This document shows, piece by piece, positions 23,377 to 30,339 of a stretch of DNA of 35,750 bases; within the stretch, counting starts at the first letter, position 1; the number at the start of each line of letters is the position of its first letter. The DNA is taken from contig JAEUJL010000525.1 of NCBI GenBank assembly GCA_016794835.1, positions 1 through 35,750 of the forward strand, written 5' to 3'. Both the position numbers and the translations under genes were made by a program. A model generated the notes under the pieces. It saw nothing but the letters and a program-made list of their open reading frames with translations. It was not told where the DNA came from and searched no databases. The DNA comes from Gemmatimonadota bacterium. Lineage in GTDB: Bacteria > Gemmatimonadota > Gemmatimonadetes > Gemmatimonadales > Gemmatimonadaceae.

Positions 23377-24794
23377 CGGGGAGTGCCCAGCCCCGCCGTC
23401 GCGGACGCCATCGGCGCCTCCACAGGCGCAGGCGTCGCCACCAGCACGGCGGTCACAAGGACCACCAACACCGCGACCGACAGCTCGACAGTGGCCACCC
23501 GCCGAAGCTGAGCGTTACCCGCGGGCGTACCCAGGCGAGGTGTCACCACGCGCCAGTTCCAGGCACCGGTCGCGCCCACAATGGAGAGCACGGCGATCTT
23601 GAGCAGGAGGATCTGCCCGTAGGTCGACGCGACGAGTCCGTCCCAGGAGCCGATGTTTTGCCAGCCGCGGAGCACGCCGGTCACGGCGACAAGAGCTGCA
23701 CACACCAACGCGACGCGTGAGAATCGCCCCACCAGCGCCGCCAGGGCGGAGTCCCTTTCGCCGTCCGGCAAACGCTGTGTTGCTGGCACACCCGCGGCGA
23801 GCAGCAGCAGCAGCGTCCCGAGCCATCCGCCGGCACCGGCGACATGCATCCCGTCCACCAGTACGGCGAGCGCGCCCCCGGTGGCGGCATGCCCTGAGAG
23901 GGCCGGCGTGAGCGCCATCCCAAGCACCCCGATGGCGGCAACGTGGTGAGGAGTCTTGCGGCTTCTGCCGGAGCCGAAGGTCCACAAGAGCATCAACGCG
24001 GCACCAAACTGCAGCCCCCACCCCCAACCCCACACGCTCCCTCCCACCAGGTCGCGCGCCAAATCGGCGTCAGCGAGGTTCCCGCCAAATGCGAGCACCT
24101 GCGCGCCCAGTCGCCCAACGGACAGCACAAGCGCGGCCGCCGCCGCGCCGCGCCCCAGCTGCCAGCTGCGCTCGAGTGCGGCAGCGGCGGCTGTCTCCGG
24201 CAGCGTTTCCGCCAGTCGAGAGAACACCACGGCGCCGAGGAGGACGAGGATCGAGGCGAACGTAAGCCAGCGGATCGCCACGAATCCGGGAGCGCCCACG
24301 CCGGCGGCCTCCGGAGCAGCAGCGAGTGGAGCTGAGGGCGCTGTAGATGGTGTCGGCGGTGGGGAGATTGGGGGAACCTGGGCGGGTACACCCTCCGGCA
24401 AGAGCGTGAACGTGAACTCACCGCGAACAGGATGTCCGTCCCTGCCCGCTACTTGCCACCGAACCGTGTGCACTCCCGCCGTCCAGGGGCCACGGACAGA
24501 CGCCACCAAGGTGCGCGGCATCCCTGCGGCCACGTGCACACCATCGAGCGCCACTGCCCCTGCCCCACCGGTGACCTCGATACGGCTGCCGGCGAGACTG
24601 ACGTCTTCATTGAACGTGAGCCTGATCTCCGATGGAGCGACCTTCAGCTCCGCCTTCGCCACGGGGACCGAGGACCGAAGGACACCGTGTCCGAACGCGA
24701 CTCGCGGCAGCAAAACAACGGCAACGACAGAGCCGATCAAGCCGACTCGGAATTTCACTGGGCGCCCTCCCTGGTGTCGGTGATTACCTGACAC
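23373..24794 (-). CDS. CopC-CopD fusion protein (YcnJ-like copper resistance/uptake protein)
   Basis: The signal peptide ends AFG|HGVLRSSVP. A CopC fold block ends VRWQVAGRDGHPVRGEFTF. A Pro-rich linker follows, then about 8 hydrophobic CopD-like helices. An ATGA overlap couples it to copB. Confidence 0.85.
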   Translation of the reverse strand: MSGNHRHQGGRPVKFRVGLIGSVVAVVLLPRVAFGHGVLRSSVPVAKAELKVAPSEIRLTFNEDVSLAGSRIEVTGGAGAVALDGVHVAAGMPRTLVASVRGPWTAGVHTVRWQVAGRDGHPVRGEFTFTLLPEGVPAQVPPISPPPTPSTAPSAPLAAAPEAAGVGAPGFVAIRWLTFASILVLLGAVVFSRLAETLPETAAAAALERSWQLGRGAAAAALVLSVGRLGAQVLAFGGNLADADLARDLVGGSVWGWGWGLQFGAALMLLWTFGSGRSRKTPHHVAAIGVLGMALTPALSGHAATGGALAVLVDGMHVAGAGGWLGTLLLLLAAGVPATQRLPDGERDSALAALVGRFSRVALVCAALVAVTGVLRGWQNIGSWDGLVASTYGQILLLKIAVLSIVGATGAWNWRVVTPRLGTPAGNAQLRRVATVELSVAVLVVLVTAVLVATPAPVEAPMASATAGLGTPR

Positions 24795-24870
24795 CGAGAA
24801 GATGTGATCAGGCTAGTTTTACGTAACATAAAGTGCTACGCCATCTGCTCCCCTGTCAACTCGCGCCTTC

Positions 24871-25782
24871 ATGACTCAGGCCTTGGCGTTTCTGCTCTTC
24901 ACTGGTGGCGCGTCGTTCCTCCTCGAGGCGCAGCCAGCGTCGCTCAACGGGTCGCTTGCGCTCCACACTGACTCCATGGGCGCGGGAGCCCCCACCATCG
25001 TCTTCCTCTCCGGTCTCGGTGCGACGTCTTCCTATTGGGCGAGGCGCGTGCGCCCTTTGGCGGAAACGCACAAGCTCCTCCTGCCCGATCCAATCGGATT
25101 TGGGCGCAGCGCGCGGCCCGATTCGACATACTCGCTGGGGTTCCACGTTCGCGCCGTGCAGCCGCTGCTTGATTCAGCCGGCCCCATCGTTCTGGTCGGC
25201 CACTCCTTTGGCGCGTTGGTGGCAGCCACCTACGCGCGGGCGCACCCTGAGAGCGTGCAGGGGTTGGTCCTGATCAGCGCGCCTGTCTACGCATCAAGAG
25301 CTGACGCCCTTGCGCAGCTCAGCCAGCGGAATCCCATCAAGCAGTGGGTCATGGCGCATCGGAGCTTCACCATCCTTCTGTGCAGCGTGACACGCCGCAT
25401 CGCACGGCCGCTGATCCCCCTGCTGGCCCCGGATCTACCCGGCGAGATCCGCGACGATGCCACGGCACACACCGCCCGTGCTGCGACATCAACGCTGCAT
25501 GACGGACTCTACCCCACAAACGGATTCGACCTCTTGCGCGCACTTCCGCTGGATCTGCCGGTCCTGATCATCCACGGGGATGCTGACCGAACGGCACCGT
25601 GGGCGGCACTCAAGCAGCTACTGGCAGAGCGACCAGAGTGGCAGCAGCTCGTCCTTCGAAACATCGACCATCATCCCCTCCTGCGCTCACCCGAGAGCGT
25701 AACGGAAGCAATTCGAGTCTTTGCCGCCTCGCCTCCACGACCCCCCGCGATCCTGGGAATGTCGCCCGACCTGCGCCCGTGA
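24871..25782 (+). CDS. Alpha/beta-fold hydrolase
   Basis: Oxyanion region IVFLSGLG, nucleophile elbow VGHSFGA, and late IIHGDAD and IDHHP blocks that fit a Ser-Asp-His triad. Confidence 0.8.
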   Translation: MTQALAFLLFTGGASFLLEAQPASLNGSLALHTDSMGAGAPTIVFLSGLGATSSYWARRVRPLAETHKLLLPDPIGFGRSARPDSTYSLGFHVRAVQPLLDSAGPIVLVGHSFGALVAATYARAHPESVQGLVLISAPVYASRADALAQLSQRNPIKQWVMAHRSFTILLCSVTRRIARPLIPLLAPDLPGEIRDDATAHTARAATSTLHDGLYPTNGFDLLRALPLDLPVLIIHGDADRTAPWAALKQLLAERPEWQQLVLRNIDHHPLLRSPESVTEAIRVFAASPPRPPAILGMSPDLRP

Positions 25783-25844
25783 GAACGTCGGAAATGTCAA
25801 GGACAACGGGTCGCCTCGCGTGGCCCATGTGGTCATCGGTGGGA

Positions 25845-26864
25845 TCAGGCACGATGTGGGCACTCGCTGTCCTTCCACCGGAGGACGCCGCCCTTGCAGA
25901 ATAGGTGGCCGAGGGGACCAGTCGCATGGTCGAGGCAGTGCGGTGGCGTCGCGTGCAGGGACCCGACGGGCAAGGGATGTAGCACCATCACCCCGGACGA
26001 CCACGCCAACAAAAGGGCGAGCACCGCACCTGTCAGTGCTCGCGTTGAGATGCGCGTTCTGACCACGGCGTCGACGCCGGTGAGCCGCTTGACGCGACGT
26101 TCGAGCAGATCGTACGGCTGAAACTCCACCACGGATCCAAGAGACTGTCGCGGGTTGGGGCCCCCAGCGAGGGTAACGAGAGCCGACGCCAGCTCGATCG
26201 GGAACCGCCCGGCGACCTCGCTATCCGCGTCGATTTCTGCTTCGTCCGCCAGATCATCCGCAACCCTCCGCAACACCGGCATCCAGAAGGCCACCATCGC
26301 CAGGAACCTCAGCAGCGAGAGCCGCAGCGGATCCCGGCGATCTGCGTGTACCCTCTCATGCATGAGCACCGCGGTGAGTTCCGTGCTGGTGAGCCGACCT
26401 CCCAGGCTCTCTGCCACGTAAACTCGTGGGCGCAGCCAACCCGCCGTGAACGCGGGGACCGGACTGTCCCTGAGGACACAGAGCTGCCGGGGCGCCAGCC
26501 CGGCAGCGGCCGCAGCATCCAGAAAGGGCGTGCTGGAGGACGCCGGGGTGATGGTGGCACCGCGAAGAATCGAGGAGGCGCGCACGGTCGCGCGCGTCCG
26601 ATCCGCGATCGCGACGACCACCCCAACGCCGAGCAACCAGTGAAACGCGGTGTGCAGCGGAGCCAACAGGAGGTGCAGCGACACCAGACAGAAACTCCCG
26701 ACATGTTCCAGCGTTGCCGGTAGCCAGTCGACCGCGCCCACGATGTGGTGGCCCACCACGGGGCTTGTGCTAAGGATGATCAGCAGCACGAGGGCCAGGA
26801 GGAGCCATCGCCGCCGCGCGTACTCTCGCACGCGAATGAGCCGATCGACCCCCGACGTCCGCAT
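25845..26864 (-). CDS. M56-family (BlaR1/MecR1-like) membrane metalloprotease with a Cys/His-rich C-terminal tail and no penicillin-binding sensor domain
   Basis: HExxH in LMHERVHADRRDP, followed by FWMPVL and EAEIDADSEV, as in peptidase M56. After the last TM (AVLALLLAWSSGVMVL) comes a 44-aa tail with 6 His and 3 Cys. ATG 26864 follows AAGGAAGAG; the tracked GTG 26870 (GTGA overlap with the blaI-like stop) is the alternative start. Confidence 0.85.
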   Translation of the reverse strand: MRTSGVDRLIRVREYARRRWLLLALVLLIILSTSPVVGHHIVGAVDWLPATLEHVGSFCLVSLHLLLAPLHTAFHWLLGVGVVVAIADRTRATVRASSILRGATITPASSSTPFLDAAAAAGLAPRQLCVLRDSPVPAFTAGWLRPRVYVAESLGGRLTSTELTAVLMHERVHADRRDPLRLSLLRFLAMVAFWMPVLRRVADDLADEAEIDADSEVAGRFPIELASALVTLAGGPNPRQSLGSVVEFQPYDLLERRVKRLTGVDAVVRTRISTRALTGAVLALLLAWSSGVMVLHPLPVGSLHATPPHCLDHATGPLGHLFCKGGVLRWKDSECPHRA

Positions 26865-26866
26865 GG

Positions 26867-27337
26867 TCACTCTTCCTTCGTGCCCTGCTCTCGAATGCGC
26901 CGGCGGACCAGCCTCGCCAGTTCCTCCAGTTGCTCGGGGCGGTGCTCCGCGAGCACATCGACGAAGGAGGCGGTCACGGCGTCAGGCTGCAGCGACAGTA
27001 TCCCCTCAACCACATGCCGCGACGCCATTTTCATGAACTGATCTTCCCTGAGGAGCGCCGAATAGTGGAAGAGCCCATCCCAGGAAGTGCGCGAGAGAAT
27101 CCCCTTGGCAACCAGCTTATTCAGAACCGTGATGGTGGTCAGGTGTGAGACGGTATGCTCCTCAAGCAGACGCATATGAATTACGCGCGCCGGCTGCGGT
27201 CGGTCGAAGCGCCACACCGTTCGCAGCACACGCGCCTCCAAATCACCCAACACCTTCGCCAAACCCTCTGCCGACAACCGCACCGTGTCCTGCAACCGGG
27301 GTGCGCTCAGCCGCTGCGCCTTTCGGCGGGATGTCAT
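26867..27337 (-). CDS. BlaI/MecI/CopY-family winged-helix transcriptional repressor
   Basis: wHTH block LGDLEARVLRTVWRFDRPQPARVIHMRLLEEHTVSHLTTITVLNKLVAKGILSR. It lies immediately upstream of the M56 gene, as in blaI-blaR1 pairs. There is no C-terminal CxCx4CxC. ATG 27337 is preferred because the tracked GTG 27373 falls inside the predicted promoter. Confidence 0.8.
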   Translation of the reverse strand: MTSRRKAQRLSAPRLQDTVRLSAEGLAKVLGDLEARVLRTVWRFDRPQPARVIHMRLLEEHTVSHLTTITVLNKLVAKGILSRTSWDGLFHYSALLREDQFMKMASRHVVEGILSLQPDAVTASFVDVLAEHRPEQLEELARLVRRRIREQGTKEE

Positions 27338-27364
27338 ACAGTCACGAGGAAGGAGGTTTGGTGG

Positions 27365-27394
27365 AAAGTACACACGTTTGATCCACTGTCAAAC
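27365..27394 (-). promoter_or_regulatory. Candidate blaI-like promoter overlapped by a dyad operator
   Basis: Dyad GTTTGA (27376-27381), 7 nt, TCAAAC (27389-27394). On the minus strand, TTGACA (27392-27387), 16 nt, TACTTT (27370-27365). The -35 element therefore lies inside the dyad. Confidence 0.4.
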
Positions 27395-27504
27395 TATGAA
27401 CCTCGGTCGCGCGGAATGCCCTGGACGGCCTACTCCTTCGAGCGACTGCGACACGGCCGTGGCCTTTACTTCCTGGCCTTCTGCGTCGATACTGTGCGTG
27501 AGAC

Positions 27505-27843
27505 ATGTCGTCACTCCGTCGAGCTTTTCGCGTTGTCCTCAGCCTCTTGGCCGCAACGGGGCTGATGCTTGCTGTGGGTGAGGAGCTCATCCCGGAGCTG
27601 CACGACGGGGACGCAGTCGCCACGGCTTCGGTGTCCCAATCCGGTCCACGGGACCTTCCCGGGGCCCCGCATTCGCCGACCTCGGCCCACATCTGTCACT
27701 GCCTCCACGCGCACGCCCTGGCGCCCGTGGCCACAAGGAGTGTGGCCCAGGGCGGCTACACAACGCGTCCGACACGCAGCCCCGACGAGCAGCTGCCCCG
27801 CAGCGCCTTCGGCGAACCTCCCCTGCGTCCACCGATCGGCTGA
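27505..27843 (+). CDS. Small secreted or membrane-anchored protein with an HICHCLHAH Cys/His cluster (putative metal-binding accessory protein of the czc-type operon)
   Basis: Signal/TM-like N-terminus MSSLRRAFRVVLSLLAATGLMLAV. Motif H-I-C-H-C-L-H-A-H at 27688-27714. Third-position GC is high after the signal region. It lies 59 nt upstream of the OMF gene. TTTACT (27465-27470), 17 nt, GATACT (27488-27493) is a possible promoter just upstream. Confidence 0.55.
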   Translation: MSSLRRAFRVVLSLLAATGLMLAVGEELIPELHDGDAVATASVSQSGPRDLPGAPHSPTSAHICHCLHAHALAPVATRSVAQGGYTTRPTRSPDEQLPRSAFGEPPLRPPIG

Positions 27844-27902
27844 CCTGCTGAGGCCCACAGCGGCGCCACCACGGCGTCGCTGCACCCCTTTGTAGAGTCC
27901 TC

Positions 27903-29156
27903 ATGTCACGTCGCCTGATCCTGGCGATGGTGGCCCTGTCGCCGACGCTCATCCTCCCGGATGACCTCGGCGCGCAGGCCCGTCGCTTAACACTCGAAGC
28001 GGCTCTCCGTGTAGCCGCGAGCTCACATCCCGACCTTCGCATGGCCGTCGCCGAGGTGGCTGCGGCAAGTGGCGCGGTTCGCTCCGCGCGCGCGCGCCCC
28101 AACCCCGAGGCCACCGCCACCCTGGGACCCGCCACAAACGCTGACGCTCGCTTGACGAGTGGTCAGGCGGGCATCGGGCAGACCCTCGAGCTCGGGGGCA
28201 AGCGTCGATTCCGCACCGAAGAGGCGTCGATGCTCGAGAGCGCCGCCGAATCACGGCTCCAGCGCACACGGGACCTGATTGCCCTCGGAGTCTACCGCGC
28301 CTTTTCCCTCGCCGTGCTCGCCGAAGAGCGGGTGAGGACCGCCACGGACGCCGACTCAGTGGGTGAAGCCTTGCGGCAGGCGGCCGCCGACCGCCTCCGG
28401 CTTGGTGCGGGCACGCTGCTTGAGCTGAATGTCGCCGCCGCGGCCGCGGCACGCGACCGCCGGAACCGCCTCCTGGCCGAGCAGTCTCTCACCGCCGCGA
28501 GGTACACCTTGCAGTCTGCCATTGGCCTTCCGGCCTCTGACGAGGTGCAGCCTGAAGGGCCGCTGCCACCCTCGATCGGCGGCGGCGCCGCACTGGACGC
28601 AGTCGCGCTGGTGCAACGGGCGTTGTCGCTCAGGCCGGATTTGCGCGCGCGCGCGCACGAACTGGAGGCGGCGTCTCGTCGCGCTCGTCTGGCGAGTGCC
28701 CTCCGGTGGCCCGACCCCGCCATTGGCATCTCGGCTGGACGCGCCGAGGACTTTCAGGTCCGGCTCTTCACCCTCTCGATGCCCCTGCCCCTCTGGAACC
28801 GAGGGGTTGGGGATCGCGCCGTCGCCGCCGCACGGCTCACACAGGCCGGGGTGGAGGCAGCCCGCGCGAGACAAGACGTTGAGCGTGAGGTGCGCGTGGC
28901 GTTGCAAGCCTACCAGCGCGCTGCCGAAGCGACCACCGCGTTCGAGTCACAGGTCGTCGAACGGCTACGCGAGAACCTGGACCTCGCGCTGGAATCCTTC
29001 CGCAGTGGCAAGATCAGCTTCTTCTCCTACTCGACGCTGCGCCGTGACCTCGTCGCCGCGCGCTTTGACTACCTCGACGCCCTCGCCGACCTGGCAGAGC
29101 GTGACTACGCCCTCGCCGCAGCCGTGGGCGAACGCCTCGGAGGATCCCGACCATGA
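27903..29156 (+). CDS. czcC: TolC-family outer membrane factor, CzcC-like
   Basis: 417 aa with OMF repeat architecture. First of three coupled genes ending in a CzcA-type pump. Confidence 0.8.
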   Translation: MSRRLILAMVALSPTLILPDDLGAQARRLTLEAALRVAASSHPDLRMAVAEVAAASGAVRSARARPNPEATATLGPATNADARLTSGQAGIGQTLELGGKRRFRTEEASMLESAAESRLQRTRDLIALGVYRAFSLAVLAEERVRTATDADSVGEALRQAAADRLRLGAGTLLELNVAAAAAARDRRNRLLAEQSLTAARYTLQSAIGLPASDEVQPEGPLPPSIGGGAALDAVALVQRALSLRPDLRARAHELEAASRRARLASALRWPDPAIGISAGRAEDFQVRLFTLSMPLPLWNRGVGDRAVAAARLTQAGVEAARARQDVEREVRVALQAYQRAAEATTAFESQVVERLRENLDLALESFRSGKISFFSYSTLRRDLVAARFDYLDALADLAERDYALAAAVGERLGGSRP

Positions 29157-30331
29157 ACCGACTCAGTTTCGTTGCACGTTACCTCGCCGCCGCCTTGATC
29201 GCCGGGTGCGGCGCGCCGACACCTGAGACCGAAGCCCCGGCCGACAGCAGCGCTGCGGTGGCGTCACACATCCGGCTCACTCCGGAGCAGGTCGCGTCAG
29301 CCGGCATCACCATCGGCGACGTCGTTCAGCGTCCGCTGGGAATTGCCATTGAGGCAAGCGCACAGATCGAGGCGATGCCGGATCGGGTGGGTCGCGTGGG
29401 GTCACGTGTGGCCGGGCGCATCGTGCGCGTGGCTGCTGGAGTTGGCGATGTCGTTCGCGAGGGCACAGTGCTCGCCGTCGTCGACTCGCCCGACCTCGCG
29501 CGGGCCAAGGCGGACTACCTGAGCACCCTGGCGGCGGCCAATCTCGCGCGCGTCACCGCCGATCGAGAGAAGGCGCTCTTCGAACGACGGATCAGCGCTG
29601 AACGGGAATGGCGTCAGGCGGAGGCCGACGCCATTCGAGCGGATAGCGAGAAGGAAGCCGCCGAGAACCGGTTGCACTCGCTCGGCGTTCCCGATGCCGA
29701 GCTCGCCGCTCTGCAGAATGAGGGGCACTACACATCGACCGTATCCCTCACCGCGCCGTTGAGCGGCACAGTCGTCGAGCGGTCGGCGTCGATAGGGCAG
29801 GCCGTGGAACCCGCCGACCTCCTCTTCTCCATCATGGACCTGCGCCAGGTGTGGATCGTGATGGATGTCTTCGAGAAGGACCTGCGGTTCGTCTCCGCGG
29901 GCCAGAGCGCGATCGTCACAGTCCCAGCGTATCCCGGGGTGACCTTCGCGGGGCGGGTTGCGAATGTCGGCGTTGTGCTTGAGCCCCAGACGCGCGCCGC
30001 CAAGGTGCGCGTCGTCCTCGCAAACCCGGATGGTCGGCTCAAGGCGGGGATGTTCGCGACCGTCGAGATTCAGGCTGCCACGCGGGGTGCGGGCGCCGGC
30101 ATGTTTGTGCCAGCCGGGGCCGTACAACGTGATGGCGCCGACAGCGTCGTCTTTGTGTTGCGCACGGACGGGGCCTTCGAACCGCGGCGCATCACGAGCG
30201 GACAAGTCTCGCGGCAGTGGATCCAGGTCCTGAAGGGCCTGGGCCTCGGGGACCGCATTGCCGTGACCGGGTCCTTCACGCTCAAGGCCGAGTGGCGCAA
30301 GAGTGAGCTGGGCGAATCCGATGAGCACTAG
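29153..30331 (+). CDS. czcB: Efflux RND periplasmic adaptor, CzcB-like lipoprotein
   Basis: ATGA overlap with czcC. Lipobox LIAGC. MFP blocks are present (VGSRVAGRIVRV, LAVVDSPDL, APLSGTVVERS, VWIVMDVFEKDL). Confidence 0.85.
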   Translation: MNRLSFVARYLAAALIAGCGAPTPETEAPADSSAAVASHIRLTPEQVASAGITIGDVVQRPLGIAIEASAQIEAMPDRVGRVGSRVAGRIVRVAAGVGDVVREGTVLAVVDSPDLARAKADYLSTLAAANLARVTADREKALFERRISAEREWRQAEADAIRADSEKEAAENRLHSLGVPDAELAALQNEGHYTSTVSLTAPLSGTVVERSASIGQAVEPADLLFSIMDLRQVWIVMDVFEKDLRFVSAGQSAIVTVPAYPGVTFAGRVANVGVVLEPQTRAAKVRVVLANPDGRLKAGMFATVEIQAATRGAGAGMFVPAGAVQRDGADSVVFVLRTDGAFEPRRITSGQVSRQWIQVLKGLGLGDRIAVTGSFTLKAEWRKSELGESDEH

Positions 30332-30339
30332 GAGACGCC

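Noticed and set aside
24811-24840. TTACGTAA palindrome (24819-24826) and a degenerate TTTTA-N7-TAAAG element in the copCD / hydrolase divergent intergenic region
   Set aside because: The 8-bp palindrome is short and lies in the only AT-rich patch of the spacer. The resemblance to TTTGA-N7-TCAAA requires a mismatch in each half. It is not counted as a third operator site, though a proper motif scan could check it.
27338-27373. GTG 27373 as the start of the BlaI-like gene (tracked ORF start)
   Set aside because: It would place the start codon inside the TTGACA-N16-TACTTT promoter candidate, 3 nt from the dyad. ATG 27337 leaves a roughly 20-nt leader, and the wHTH is intact from there. The start is not proven.
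27416-27565. Alternative 49-aa ORF (MPWTAYSFERLRHGRGLYFLAFC...) overlapping the start of the Cys/His small ORF
   Set aside because: It is short and has no motif. It overlaps the 27505 ORF, which has a signal-like N-terminus, a ligand cluster and stronger third-position GC over a longer span.
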